Below, piece after piece: positions 10,034 to 19,951 of a stretch of DNA of 64,000 nucleotides (the stretch's first letter is position 1; the number at the start of each line of letters is the position of its first letter). The notes beneath the pieces are model-generated. The model saw only the letters and a list, made by a program, of their open reading frames with translations. It was not told the DNA's origin and searched no databases. The DNA comes from Lapillicoccus sp. GTDB taxonomy: Bacteria; Actinomycetota; Actinomycetes; Actinomycetales; Dermatophilaceae. Made by a program: the position numbers and the translations under genes. The stretch is taken from positions 7,355 to 71,354 of the forward strand of contig NZ_JBKJPP010000126.1 in assembly GCF_046595215.1 (NCBI RefSeq). The letters run 5' to 3'.

Positions 10034-10759
10034 GTGGCAGATCTCGAGAGGGACGCGATGGCCAGGCTCGCGGCGGACGCCGTCGTCGACACGCTCCGTG
10101 CGTCGATCCTCGGGGGGCGCCTGGGGCCGGGGGACCGGCTCGACGAGACCATCCTGGTCGGGCGGCTGGACGTCAGCCGCAACACCCTGCGCGAGGCCTT
10201 CCGGGTGCTGGCCCACGAGCACCTCGTGGAGCACCTGCCCAACCGTGGGGTGTTCGTGCGCCGGTTGACCGTCAAGGAGGCCCAAGACGCCTACCGGACC
10301 CGCCGCCTCCTCGAGTGCGGGGCATTGAGGGAGGCCGCACTGCGCCAAGCCGTTGCGCCGTCACTCGACTCCGCGCAGAGTCAGGTGTTCGAGATGGACT
10401 GGCAGCGCTCGGTCTCTGCGATCCGGGCGGCCGTGGATGCGGGGGTCAGGGCTGCAGCGGACGCTTCCTGGGAGGCGTTGGGGACGGCGAACGGTGAGTT
10501 CCACCTCGCCCTGGCGACCCTGGCCGACAACGACGTCATCGATCGCACCCTCCGCAGTCTCCTGACCGAGATGCGGCTGCTCTTCCTCGTCGCCGACGAG
10601 GCGCGTGACGTGCACGAGCGCTATCTCGAGGACAACGTCCACGTCGCCTCCCTCGTCGAGGCGGGCGAGCTGGTCCGGGCCTCGATCGTGCTGGAGGAGT
10701 ATCTCCTGCGCGCGGAGCAGCACCTCGTCGGGCGCTATGCGGAACAGCTGAAGGGCTGA
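10034..10759 (+). CDS. GntR (FadR/FCD-type) transcriptional regulator
   Basis: [30 protein letters not shown] w[20 protein letters not shown]; start may be ATG 10058. Confidence 0.88.
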   Translation: MADLERDAMARLAADAVVDTLRASILGGRLGPGDRLDETILVGRLDVSRNTLREAFRVLAHEHLVEHLPNRGVFVRRLTVKEAQDAYRTRRLLECGALREAALRQAVAPSLDSAQSQVFEMDWQRSVSAIRAAVDAGVRAAADASWEALGTANGEFHLALATLADNDVIDRTLRSLLTEMRLLFLVADEARDVHERYLEDNVHVASLVEAGELVRASIVLEEYLLRAEQHLVGRYAEQLKG

Positions 10760-10815
10760 GAGGTGGACGGGAGTTGTCCACGATGTGACCCAGGTCATCC
10801 GAGGCTCTTGCAGGG

Positions 10816-10828
10816 ATTGTTGAACAAT
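10816..10828. promoter_or_regulatory. Candidate GntR operator ATTGTTGAACAAT upstream of DUF969
   Basis: Dyad ATTGTT-G-AACAAT; near-identical copy at 9963. Confidence 0.7.
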
Positions 10829-10888
10829 GTCTAGAGTGCACAGCGGCGCATTCCCGCGCCGCCCGCCCCAACAGCGAGGTGTGCACGC

Positions 10889-11596
10889 ATGTGGGTCCTG
10901 CTTGCGGTGGCCGTCGTGGTCGTCGGCTTTGCCCTGAAGCTCAACTCGATGCTCGTCGTGACGCTCGCCGGGATCGTCGCCGGGCTGATCGCTGGCCTCA
11001 CCCCCGTCAAGATCATCGAGGCCTTCGGCACCGGCTTCGCGGGGAGCCGGTCGGTCACTGTCTTCATCGTCGTCCTGCCCGTCATCGGCCTGATCGAGCG
11101 CTACGGTCTGCAGCACCAGGCCCGCACCCTCATCGGCAAGCTGCGGGGCCTGACGACCGGCCGTCTGCTCGCGACCTACCTCTTCATCCGGCAGGCCTCT
11201 GCTGCCCTCGGACTGACCGCGATCGGGGGGCCCGCCCAGGCGGTGCGTCCGATCGTGGCGCCGATGTCGGAGGCCGCCGCCGAGCGGGTGCACGGCCCGC
11301 TGTCGCTCCGGATGCGGGAGAAGGTCCGCTCCTACGCCGCGTCGGCGGACACCGTCGGGCTGTTCTTCGGGGAGGACATCTTCGTGGCCATCGGCTCCAT
11401 CCTGCTCATCACCGGATTCGTCGACACCACCTACGGACTGAAGCTCGATGCGCTCCAGATCGCGCTGTGGGCCATCCCCACGGCCATCTGCGCGTTGCTG
11501 ATCCACGGCGGGCGGATGCTGCGCCTGGACCGGCAGCTGGCCGTGATGGCCAAGGAACCCCGCACCGAGTCCATGACGGCGGGTGAGCCCCGATGA
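10889..11596 (+). CDS. DUF969-like membrane protein (putative 5-oxoproline transporter subunit)
   Basis: Hydrophobic; IGLIERYGL, VRPIVAPMSEAA, GLFFGEDIFVAIGSILLI, ALWAIPTAI recognised from the family. Confidence 0.75.
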   Translation: MWVLLAVAVVVVGFALKLNSMLVVTLAGIVAGLIAGLTPVKIIEAFGTGFAGSRSVTVFIVVLPVIGLIERYGLQHQARTLIGKLRGLTTGRLLATYLFIRQASAALGLTAIGGPAQAVRPIVAPMSEAAAERVHGPLSLRMREKVRSYAASADTVGLFFGEDIFVAIGSILLITGFVDTTYGLKLDALQIALWAIPTAICALLIHGGRMLRLDRQLAVMAKEPRTESMTAGEPR

Positions 11597-12567
11597 TCAA
11601 GGTCGAATGGTTCTACTGGGTCTGTGCCGCGATCTTTCTCGTCGTGGCCGTCATCCGCCTCACCGACCGTAGCGACCGCAAGCGCTACGGCAGCGCGGCG
11701 TTCTGGGCCGTCCTGGCCTTCGCCTTCGTCTACGGCACGCTGGTCGTCGCCAAGACGGGCAGCGCCCTCGTCGAGGGCGTCGCAGTCCTGGCCCTCGCAG
11801 CGTTGGCCGGTCTCGGTTTTCCGGGCAAGGGCCGCGACGACACCACCTCCGCCGAGGAACGGGTCACCCTGGCCGAGCGATACGGCAACACGCTCTTCGT
11901 CCCCGCCCTGCTCATCCCCGTCATCGCCGTGATCTTCGGGGCCGCCCTGGCCACGGTCACGGTCGGCCAGGGCCTGCTCCTCGAGAAGGGTTCGGCGACG
12001 ATCATCGGGCTCGGGGTGGCAGCGATCATCGCCCTCGTCGTCGGCATGCTGCTCTTCCACGTCAGGAGCCCCGTGGTTGCGTTCCGTGAGGGTGACCGCC
12101 TCCTCGGCCACATCGGCTGGGCGGCGATCCTGCCGCAGTTCCTCGCCACCCTCGGGCTGCTGTTCAACCAGGCCGGCGTCGGCAAGGCCGTGGGCGACGT
12201 CACGAACTCGGTCCTGCCCCGAGGGGTGCTCTTCCTCGCCGTCGTCGTCTACTGCCTGGGCATGGCCCTGTTCACGATCATCATGGGCAACGCCTTCGCG
12301 GCCTTCCCGGTGATGACGGCAGCGGTCGGCTGGCCGATCCTCGTCCAGCAGTTCAACGGCAACCCGCCGGCCGTCTTCGCGATCGGCATGCTTGCGGGCT
12401 TCTGCGGCACGCTCGTCACGCCGATGGCCGCCAACTTCAACCTCGTTCCTGCGGCGCTGCTCGAGCTCAAGGACCAGTACGGCCCGATCAAGGCCCAGAT
12501 CCCGACGGCGGCCCCGCTGTGGGTCGCCAACGTCCTGATCATGTTCTTCTTCGCTTTCCCCCGCTGA
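11593..12567 (+). CDS. DUF979-like membrane protein
   Basis: LPQFLATLGLLF, GMALFTIIMGNAFAAFPVMTAAVG, GFCGTLVTPMAANFNLVPAALLEL; ATGA overlap. Confidence 0.75.
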   Translation: MIKVEWFYWVCAAIFLVVAVIRLTDRSDRKRYGSAAFWAVLAFAFVYGTLVVAKTGSALVEGVAVLALAALAGLGFPGKGRDDTTSAEERVTLAERYGNTLFVPALLIPVIAVIFGAALATVTVGQGLLLEKGSATIIGLGVAAIIALVVGMLLFHVRSPVVAFREGDRLLGHIGWAAILPQFLATLGLLFNQAGVGKAVGDVTNSVLPRGVLFLAVVVYCLGMALFTIIMGNAFAAFPVMTAAVGWPILVQQFNGNPPAVFAIGMLAGFCGTLVTPMAANFNLVPAALLELKDQYGPIKAQIPTAAPLWVANVLIMFFFAFPR

Positions 12568-12579
12568 AGGTGACACCCC

Positions 12580-13614
12580 ATGACCGATCGCACCCCACAG
12601 ACCTGGCGCACGGCATACGCGCGGCGTTGGGGGCAGACCATCCCGGCGGTGCTCGCGACCTCCTATCCCTATGCGGCGCAACATGTCTCGCAAGGGCCTG
12701 ACGATGTCGACGTCACCCCCGAGCGGCTCCACCCGGCCTTCCACGGGTGTCTCGACTGGCACTCCTCGGCGCACATGCAGTGGTCGGCGATCCGGCTGCT
12801 GACCCTCGCGCCCGACGACCTCGGCGCGGAGGTGCGGGCGGGCCTCGTGGCGGTCCTCGACGAACGGCTGACGCTGGAGAACTGCCGGGTCGAGGCGGAC
12901 TACCTGAGGGCGACCCCCCGCTACGAGCGGCCCTACGGGTGGGGCTGGGCGGCCCTGCTCGCCCTCGCCGCCCGCGACTGCCCGCTGCGTGAGGCGAGCG
13001 GCTGGGCGGTCGCCACCCGGCCGTTGTTCGACGCCGTCGCGGATCTGGTCGTCGACTGGCTGCCCAGGCTCGCCTATCCGGTCAGGCACGGTGAGCACTC
13101 CAACCTCGCCTTCGGGCTGGCCCTCGTGCACGAGGCGGCTCGCGGCCTCGGTCGCGACGACGTGGTCGCCGTCATCGCGGACCACGCCCGGCGCTGGTTC
13201 GGGTCCGACCGCGACTACCCCTCGCGGTGGGAGCCCAGCGGCAGCGACTTCCTCTCGCCCGCGCTCTGCGAGGCTGACCTCATGCGCCGCGTCCTGCCAG
13301 CCGGGGAGTATGCCGGGTGGCTGTCCGGTTTCCTTCCCCACCTCGCTGCCGAGGGGGACCCGCTGCTCGAGGTGCCGCAGGTCCTCGACCGCACCGATGG
13401 CAAGGCGGTGCACCTCTTCGGACTGGCGCTGTCGCGTGCCTGGCAGCTCCGGGGCCTGACGCCGTTCATGGGCGAGGCGGCCGCGGCGAGAGTTGCCGAA
13501 GCCTCGCGACGCCAGGTCGAGGAGGTCGAGCGAGAGATCATCGAGGGGGACTTCATGTCGACCCACTGGCTGGTCTCGTTCGCGCTCCTGGCCGTCACGG
13601 CCGAAGAGCGCTGA
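12580..13614 (+). CDS. DUF2891-like protein of unknown function
   Basis: HPAFHGCLDWHSSAH, ERPYGWGW, GEHSNLAF, EPSGSDFLSPAL, HLFGLALSRAW, HWLVSFA. Confidence 0.7.
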   Translation: MTDRTPQTWRTAYARRWGQTIPAVLATSYPYAAQHVSQGPDDVDVTPERLHPAFHGCLDWHSSAHMQWSAIRLLTLAPDDLGAEVRAGLVAVLDERLTLENCRVEADYLRATPRYERPYGWGWAALLALAARDCPLREASGWAVATRPLFDAVADLVVDWLPRLAYPVRHGEHSNLAFGLALVHEAARGLGRDDVVAVIADHARRWFGSDRDYPSRWEPSGSDFLSPALCEADLMRRVLPAGEYAGWLSGFLPHLAAEGDPLLEVPQVLDRTDGKAVHLFGLALSRAWQLRGLTPFMGEAAAARVAEASRRQVEEVEREIIEGDFMSTHWLVSFALLAVTAEER

Positions 13615-13721
13615 TCACTGGTCGAGGCCCACGTCTCTGCCTGTCTGACCGACCGTCGCCCCCCATGCCAACCCGGCGGACTCTGACCAACCCGGCGGAC
13701 CCGGTCCGGGCCCCAGCATGG

Positions 13722-14999
13722 TCACCCGGCGGCGGGCGCGCAGGACGCACGTGACGCGCGCTCCTGTCCCCAGGCCGGCAGGTAGAAGAGGGCGCCGAGC
13801 ATGCTGATGCCGCCGATGACGCTCATGGCGACACCCGTCGAGGTGCGGCCCGCGAGCAGGCCGCCCATGGTCGCGGTGACGCTGAAGGACAGGAACCCGA
13901 TCATGGAGTTCATCGACAGCACCGTGCTGCGGTTGCGGGCCGTCGCCTCCTGGTGGAGCAGGGCGCTGTGCATCGGTCCCGCGGATCCGTGGAGCGAGTA
14001 GGTCACGAGGTAGGCCGCGACGAGCGCGACGGGTCCGGCCACAACGCCCATAACGAGGGCGCCCAGCCCGTTCAGGACCCGAGCGAGGACGGCGGTCGGG
14101 ACGACCCCGAGGCGTCCGCTCAGCATGCCGGACAGGGCCGCGCCCAGCGCGAAGACGCCCCAGCCGGCCGCCGCCACGGGACCCATGAGGGCACCTGCCC
14201 GGACCTGGTTCCCGAGCAGCTCGGACAGCCGGATCGGGGTGAAGGTCTCGAAGACGACCATCGCCGCGGACCAGAAGAGCTCGACGGCCATCAGGCCGGC
14301 CAGCACCCGGTTGTGCCGCAGCAGACCGAGGCCGTCGCGGATGACGACCGGTGTCTCTCGGACGGATGCGAGCGCGCGACGCGCGCTGGCCGTGTCGACC
14401 CCGGCCCGCGGTTCCGTGAGCAGGACGAGGACGGCAACGAGGTGGACCACACTCAGGGCGATGTAGGCGATGCCTGGCAGGAGGAACGCGCTCCGGCTCG
14501 TGAGCGGATGCCACCAGAACAGCACCCCAGAGACGAGCGCGCCGACGGCCATGGCGATCCCCAGGAGCATCCCCTGCGCGGACAGGTCGGCGTCGACGTC
14601 CGCACCGGGGTCGCGCACATGGACGGTGTCAACAAACCAGGCCTCGAGCGGCCCGGAGTCGAGCGCCCGGAAGACGCCGGTGAGGACGGCGGCGAGGGCG
14701 AACTGCCACCACGCAGACGCGGTGGAGAAGACGAGACCCGCCATGACGCTGACGACGGCCGAGGCGACATAGACGGGGCGTCGTCCGAAGGCGTCGGCGA
14801 ACCCGCTCGTCGGCAGCTCGAGGGCGAACACGGTGATCCCGACGAGCGCTGCGGCGCTGAGTGTCTGGGCCACCGTCAGTCCGCGCTCCAACGGCCAGAG
14901 CGTCGTGATCCCGACGATGAGCCCGACGGGAAACCACCGGGTGAAGGTCAGGGTGAGGAGGACCCGCCGGGCTGCGGCCCGGGACAGGTGCGAGCTCAT
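13722..14999 (-). CDS. MFS transporter
   Basis: About 12 TM segments; ELPTSGFADAFGRR motif A; RSTVLSMNS. Confidence 0.85.
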   Translation of the reverse strand: MSSHLSRAAARRVLLTLTFTRWFPVGLIVGITTLWPLERGLTVAQTLSAAALVGITVFALELPTSGFADAFGRRPVYVASAVVSVMAGLVFSTASAWWQFALAAVLTGVFRALDSGPLEAWFVDTVHVRDPGADVDADLSAQGMLLGIAMAVGALVSGVLFWWHPLTSRSAFLLPGIAYIALSVVHLVAVLVLLTEPRAGVDTASARRALASVRETPVVIRDGLGLLRHNRVLAGLMAVELFWSAAMVVFETFTPIRLSELLGNQVRAGALMGPVAAAGWGVFALGAALSGMLSGRLGVVPTAVLARVLNGLGALVMGVVAGPVALVAAYLVTYSLHGSAGPMHSALLHQEATARNRSTVLSMNSMIGFLSFSVTATMGGLLAGRTSTGVAMSVIGGISMLGALFYLPAWGQERASRASCAPAAG

Positions 15000-15586
15000 C
15001 GCCCCGGTGTCTTGTCGAGATCGACGGGGTAGGCGTAGGTGTAGACAGCGACCCGCTTGGCGCGGGGGTTGCCCTGGCCGACGCGCCGGTACTTCTGGAG
15101 GACGGCCTCGAGCTCGGCGCGCAGGGCCACGAGCTGCTCCTGGGTCACGAGCGCGACGTTGTCGTTGAGGCCGAGGTGGTCGGCCCAGTCGCCCGGCCAG
15201 GTCGCCGACACGTCGAGCCACTGCTCGGCACGGGTCGCGAAGTGGCGCACGTAGTCGCGCTCCAACCAGTTCAGCGCGGTCGACGCGTCCTCGTCATCGG
15301 CGAAGTCGCTCGCCATCCAGGAGTGCTGCTCGCTCGCCGCGCGCCAGAGCCGCTCCTTGCCCTTGCCGCCCTCTGTGTCGACGACGAGGCCCACCGACTC
15401 GAGCTTGCGCAGGTGGTAGCTCGTCGCGCCGGAGTTCGTCCCGAGGAGGCTGGCCAGCTCGGTCGCGGATGCGGGCCCGACCCGGCGCAGCTGTGACAGC
15501 AGCCGGGACCGGAGCGGGTGAGCGAGGACCTTGACGGCCTCGGAGCTGAGGCGAACGCTGCTCTGGGGGAGTGATGTGGGAGCCAT
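14996..15586 (-). CDS. ArsR/HTH_20-type transcriptional regulator
   Basis: KVLAHPLRSRLL, ASATELASLLGTNSGATSYHLRKL, GKERLW; overlaps MFS start. Confidence 0.85.
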   Translation of the reverse strand: MAPTSLPQSSVRLSSEAVKVLAHPLRSRLLSQLRRVGPASATELASLLGTNSGATSYHLRKLESVGLVVDTEGGKGKERLWRAASEQHSWMASDFADDEDASTALNWLERDYVRHFATRAEQWLDVSATWPGDWADHLGLNDNVALVTQEQLVALRAELEAVLQKYRRVGQGNPRAKRVAVYTYAYPVDLDKTPGR

Positions 15587-15589
15587 GTG

Positions 15590-15632
15590 TGCACAATAGT
15601 GTTGCACATTCTGTTTGCACAACAAATTTGCA
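15590..15632. promoter_or_regulatory. Two TGCACAA-N6-TGCA boxes immediately upstream of the ArsR start
   Basis: TGCACAATAGTGTTGCA (15590-15606) and TGCACAACAAATTTGCA (15616-15632). Confidence 0.6.
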
Positions 15633-15694
15633 GATAGCCTTTGCGAGGGCATCCGGGCAGGTCAGGGGGCGTTGAGCCCCCCGACGGCCATGAG

Positions 15695-15724
15695 TTGGCC
15701 CCGACGTGGGCTTCTCCGTAGACT
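15695..15724 (+). promoter_or_regulatory. Probable sigma-70-type promoter of rplM-rpsI
   Basis: TTGGCC-N18-TAGACT followed by a ~110-nt leader. Confidence 0.5.
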
Positions 15725-15840
15725 GACTAACTGTTGTGCCACCCCGACGGCTCCCTTCCGGAGCACACGGTGGCCCGCTCAGGCGGGGCCCACGGCATAC
15801 GACCTCCACGAGTTCCACCGAGAACGAAAGCTGGACCACT

Positions 15841-16284
15841 GTGCGCACGTACACCCCCAAGCCCGGCGAGGTCACTCGCTCGTGGCACGTGATCGACGCG
15901 ACGGACGTCGTGCTCGGCCGGCTCGCCAGCCAGACCGCCATCCTGTTGCGGGGCAAGCACAAGCCGACCTTCGCCCCCCATGTCGACACCGGTGACTTCG
16001 TCATCATCATCAACGCCGACAAGGTGGCGCTGACCGGCGCCAAGCTCGAGCAGAAGAAGGCCTACAGCCACTCCGGCTTCCCGGGCGGTCTGAAGTCGAC
16101 GAGCTATACCGAGCTCCTGCAGAAGAACCCGGCCAAGGCGGTCGAGAAGGCCGTGCGCGGCATGCTCCCCAAGAACTCCATCGCCCGCGAGCAGCTCTCG
16201 AAGCTCAAGGTCTACGCCGGCGACAAGCACCCCCACGAGGCCCAGAAGCCCGTGCCCTTCGAGCTGACCCAGGTCGCGCAGTAA
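15841..16284 (+). CDS. rplM: 50S ribosomal protein L13
   Basis: [52 protein letters not shown]. Confidence 0.98.
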   Translation: MRTYTPKPGEVTRSWHVIDATDVVLGRLASQTAILLRGKHKPTFAPHVDTGDFVIIINADKVALTGAKLEQKKAYSHSGFPGGLKSTSYTELLQKNPAKAVEKAVRGMLPKNSIAREQLSKLKVYAGDKHPHEAQKPVPFELTQVAQ

Positions 16285-16326
16285 GTCCGCCCCGCGGACC
16301 TGTGCAGAACACGACAAGGAACCACT

Positions 16327-16845
16327 GTGGCTGAGAACGAGATCAACGAGTCCGGCGCCGTCGACACCATCGGCGACGACGAGCCCGAGCTGACCGAATA
16401 CACTTCCGAGTCCGAGGGCCCGGTCGGCGCCGAAGCGGCCCCGCGGCCGACCGCGTCCGCTCCTGGCGCCGCCACCGGGCGCCGCAAGCAGGCCATCGCC
16501 CGCGTGCGGATCGTCCCCGGCACCGGCGACTGGACGATCAACGGTCGGACCCTCGAGTCCTACTTCCCCAACAAGGTGCACCAGCAGATCGTCAACGAGC
16601 CGCTGGCCCTCCTCGAGCTCGTCGGCGCCTATGACGTACTCGTGCGCGTGCACGGTGGCGGTCCGTCCGGCCAGGCCGGCGCCGTCCGGCTGGGCATCGC
16701 CCGCTCGCTCAACGGGATCGACGAGGAGCTCAACCGTCCGGCGCTGAAGAAGGCAGGCTTCCTCAAGCGCGACTCCCGCGTCCCGGAGCGCAAGAAGGCC
16801 GGCCTCAAGAAGGCCCGCAAGGCTCCGCAGTACAGCAAGCGCTGA
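16327..16845 (+). CDS. rpsI: 30S ribosomal protein S9 with acidic N-terminal extension
   Basis: [49 protein letters not shown]. Confidence 0.98.
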   Translation: MAENEINESGAVDTIGDDEPELTEYTSESEGPVGAEAAPRPTASAPGAATGRRKQAIARVRIVPGTGDWTINGRTLESYFPNKVHQQIVNEPLALLELVGAYDVLVRVHGGGPSGQAGAVRLGIARSLNGIDEELNRPALKKAGFLKRDSRVPERKKAGLKKARKAPQYSKR

Positions 16846-16860
16846 CCAGGGTCCACATCG

Positions 16861-16892
16861 AGGGCGGCCAGGGGATGTCTCCTGGCCGCCCT
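16861..16892 (+). terminator. Stem-loop after rpsI
   Basis: AGGGCGGCCAGG / CCTGGCCGCCCT perfect 12-bp stem. Confidence 0.7.
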
Positions 16893-16993
16893 TGGCGTGT
16901 CTGGTAGTAGGTTCGATCGTCGGCATGCCGGGTGCTCACCTCCCCCCGTCGGGGGAGTGCACCTTGGCGGCCGGCCCTCTCGAAAGGCACCAC

Positions 16994-18340
16994 GTGGCTC
17001 GACTCTTCGGCACGGACGGCGTCCGCGGCCTCGCGAACAAGGACATCACGGCAGAGCTCGCCCTCGACCTCTCGGTCGCGGCGGCGCACGTCCTGGGGGA
17101 GATCGGGGCCTTCCGGGGGCACCGGCCGGTCGCCGTGGTCGGGACCGACGGACGGGCCTCCGGCGAGTTCCTCTCCGCCGCCGTCATCGCGGGGCTCGCC
17201 TCGGCCGGGGTCGACGTGCTCGACGCCGGCGTCCTCCCGACCCCGGCCATCGCCTTCCTCACCGCGGACACCGGTGCCGACCTGGCGGTCATGCTCTCGG
17301 CCTCGCACAACCCCATGCCCGACAACGGGATCAAGTTCTTCGCCCGCGGCGGGCACAAGCTGCCGGACGACGTCGAGGACTCGATCGAGGAGCGGATGGG
17401 CGAACGGTGGAGCCGGCCCACCGGTGCCGGAGTCGGCCGGGTCCGCCGTCTCGAGGCGGGCCACGACCGCTACGTCGCCCACTTGCTCTCGATCCTCCCG
17501 CACCGCCTCGACGGCCTCTCCGTGGTCATCGACGCTGCCCACGGGGCCGCCTCGCGGGTCTCCCCGGACGCGTTCCGGCAGGCTGGCGCGACGGTCATCG
17601 TCATCGGCGCCGACCCGGACGGCCTCAACATCAACGACGGCTACGGTTCGACCCACCTGGAGAAGCTCGCCGCAGCGGTCATCGAGGTGGGCGCCGACCT
17701 GGGTGTCGCCCACGACGGTGACGCCGACCGGTGCCTGGCGGTCGACGCCACCGGACGGGTCGTCGACGGCGACCAGATCATGTCCGTCCTCGCGCTGGCG
17801 ATGCGCGAGCAGGGGCGCCTTGCCGACGACACCCTCGTCGCGACGGTGATGAGCAACCTCGGGATGATCCAGGCGATGGCGCGCGAGGGCATCACCGTGC
17901 GACAGACCGGGGTGGGCGACCGCTACGTGCTGGAGGACATGAAGGCCGGGGGCTACTCCCTCGGGGGCGAGCAGTCGGGGCACGTGATCTTCCTCGAGCA
18001 CGGGACCACCGGCGACGGCGTGCTCACCGGCCTCATGCTCGCCTCCCGCGTCGCCCAGACGGGACGCACCCTGGCCGACCTGGCTGCGGTGATGACCCGG
18101 CTGCCGCAGGTCCTCGTCAACGTCCCGGACGTGGACAAGGCGGCGGTGGACTCCCACCCGGGGGTCCAGGCCGACGTCGCCTCGGCCAGTGCCGAGCTCG
18201 AGGGCACGGGCCGGGTCCTGCTGCGCAAGTCCGGCACGGAACCCCTCGTGCGGGTGATGGTCGAGGCCGCCGACGAGGCGCAGGCCCATGCCGTCGCCGA
18301 ACGGCTGGCCGCATCGGTGCGCACCCACCTCTCCCGCTGA
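16994..18340 (+). CDS. glmM: Phosphoglucosamine mutase
   Basis: [47 protein letters not shown]. Confidence 0.96.
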   Translation: MARLFGTDGVRGLANKDITAELALDLSVAAAHVLGEIGAFRGHRPVAVVGTDGRASGEFLSAAVIAGLASAGVDVLDAGVLPTPAIAFLTADTGADLAVMLSASHNPMPDNGIKFFARGGHKLPDDVEDSIEERMGERWSRPTGAGVGRVRRLEAGHDRYVAHLLSILPHRLDGLSVVIDAAHGAASRVSPDAFRQAGATVIVIGADPDGLNINDGYGSTHLEKLAAAVIEVGADLGVAHDGDADRCLAVDATGRVVDGDQIMSVLALAMREQGRLADDTLVATVMSNLGMIQAMAREGITVRQTGVGDRYVLEDMKAGGYSLGGEQSGHVIFLEHGTTGDGVLTGLMLASRVAQTGRTLADLAAVMTRLPQVLVNVPDVDKAAVDSHPGVQADVASASAELEGTGRVLLRKSGTEPLVRVMVEAADEAQAHAVAERLAASVRTHLSR

Positions 18341-18358
18341 GGGCGCCCGCCGCGTCGT

Positions 18359-18510
18359 TCCACGTGTTGCGGCGGCGGCCACCTCACCTCCACGTGTTGC
18401 GGCGGCGGCCGCGCCCGAGGCCCTGCTGACGCGTCGGAAGCGGCGCAAGCCGCAAACGGTGGGCGGGAGGTGGGCCGTTAGGGGGCCGGAGGTGGGCGGG
18501 AGGCGGGCCG
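18359..18510. repeat. Two pairs of intergenic direct repeats (REP-like)
   Basis: TCCACGTGTTGCGGCGGCGGCC at 18359 and 18389; GGTGGGCGGGAGGYGGGCCG at 18458 and 18491. Confidence 0.75.
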
Positions 18511-18577
18511 GTGGAGCCGTGGCGGCGCGGCATACGATGTCAGGCGTCCGACGCTCCTGCCCCCGAGAGGCCAGTGC

Positions 18578-19924
18578 ATGAAGCTCGCCATGCTGGGGGG
18601 AGGAGGCTTCCGGACCCCTTTGGTGTATGCCGCGCTGCTCGCGGACCGCGCCGGGGGCGTCACCGAGGTGGTCCTCCAGGACCCCGACCGCACCCACCTC
18701 GACGCGATCGGTCACGTCCTCGACCAGACCAGCGCGGGGGTGCTCGACGCGCCGAGGGTGTCGGTGACCACGGAGCTCGACCAGGCTCTCGAGGGAGCCG
18801 ACTTCGTGTTCTCGGCCGTGCGGGTCGGCGGTCTCGAGGCCCGGGTGGCCGACGAACGCGTGGCCCTCGACCTCGGTCTGCTGGGACAGGAGACCACCGG
18901 CCCGGGGGGAATCGCCTATGGCCTGCGGACGATCCCGGTCGCGATCCACATCGCCGAGCGGGTCCGGGCTGTGGCGCCGCAGGCATGGGTCATCAACTTC
19001 ACCAACCCCGCGGGGATGATCACCGAGGCGATGCAGATCGTGCTCGGGGACCGCGCGGTCGGCATCTGTGACACGCCGATCACCATGGCCAAGAGGGTTG
19101 CTCGCCTCCTCGGGCTCGGCAACGACCCGGTCGAGATGGACTACGTGGGCCTCAACCACCTCGGCTGGCTGCGGGGTCTGCGGCACGAGGGCGTCGATGT
19201 GCTGCCTCGGCTGCTCGGCGACGATGCCCTGCTCGGGGCGACCGAGGAGGGCCAGCTCTTCGGTCTCGACTGGCTGCGGACGCTCGGGTCGGTGCCCAAC
19301 GAATACCTCTACTACTACTACTTCGCCCGGGAGGCCGTCGCCGCAATCCGCTCCGGGGGGCCGACCCGGGGCGAGTTCCTGCAAGAGCAGCAGGGGCGCT
19401 TCTACGACGCCGTGTCAGCGGAGCCCGGGCGGGCCCGCGAGCTCTGGGTCGCGACCCGACAGGAGCGCGAGGAGACCTACATGGCGGCCGAGCACGCGGG
19501 CCGGCCCCGCGGCGGCGAGGAGGGGGTGGCGGACGTCGGCGGCTACGAGGGGGTGGCGCTGGCGCTGATGCGGGCCATCGCCCGCGACGAGCCGGCGTCG
19601 ATGATCCTCAATGTCCGCAACGGATCCACCGTCGTTGGGCTGCCCGAGGACGCCGTCGTCGAGGTGCCGGTGACCGTGGACGCGTCGGGGCCGGTGGCCT
19701 CGGCGGTGAGCCCACCCGATCTGCACCAACGGGGCCTCATGGAGCAGGTGAAGGCCGTCGACCGGTTGACGATCGAGGCCGCCACGACGGGGTCGGTCAC
19801 CGCCGCGGAGAAGGCGTTCGGCCTGCACCCCCTGGTCGACTCGGCAGCGGTCGCGAGACAGCTGGTGGCCGCCTACCGAGAGCGGATCCCCGAGGTCGAC
19901 GCGGTCTTGTCTGACCTGCGCTGA
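18578..19924 (+). CDS. GH4 NAD+/Mn2+-dependent glycosidase (6-phospho-beta-glucosidase-like)
   Basis: LGGGGFRTP, AVRVGG, GQETTGPGG, INFTNPAG, GICDTP, YVGLNHLGW, PNEYLYYYY. Confidence 0.88.
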   Translation: MKLAMLGGGGFRTPLVYAALLADRAGGVTEVVLQDPDRTHLDAIGHVLDQTSAGVLDAPRVSVTTELDQALEGADFVFSAVRVGGLEARVADERVALDLGLLGQETTGPGGIAYGLRTIPVAIHIAERVRAVAPQAWVINFTNPAGMITEAMQIVLGDRAVGICDTPITMAKRVARLLGLGNDPVEMDYVGLNHLGWLRGLRHEGVDVLPRLLGDDALLGATEEGQLFGLDWLRTLGSVPNEYLYYYYFAREAVAAIRSGGPTRGEFLQEQQGRFYDAVSAEPGRARELWVATRQEREETYMAAEHAGRPRGGEEGVADVGGYEGVALALMRAIARDEPASMILNVRNGSTVVGLPEDAVVEVPVTVDASGPVASAVSPPDLHQRGLMEQVKAVDRLTIEAATTGSVTAAEKAFGLHPLVDSAAVARQLVAAYRERIPEVDAVLSDLR

Positions 19925-19951
19925 CCGGGCGGCATTGAACCCGGCGCAAGC

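Noticed and set aside
11431-13566. 711-aa minus-strand ORF
   Set aside because: Antisense shadow of DUF979/DUF2891; no motifs; expected in high-GC DNA
18359-18410. Mini-CRISPR
   Set aside because: Two 22-bp repeats with an 8-bp gap; wrong dimensions
16805-19384. 859-aa minus-strand ORF
   Set aside because: Shadow of glmM and GH4
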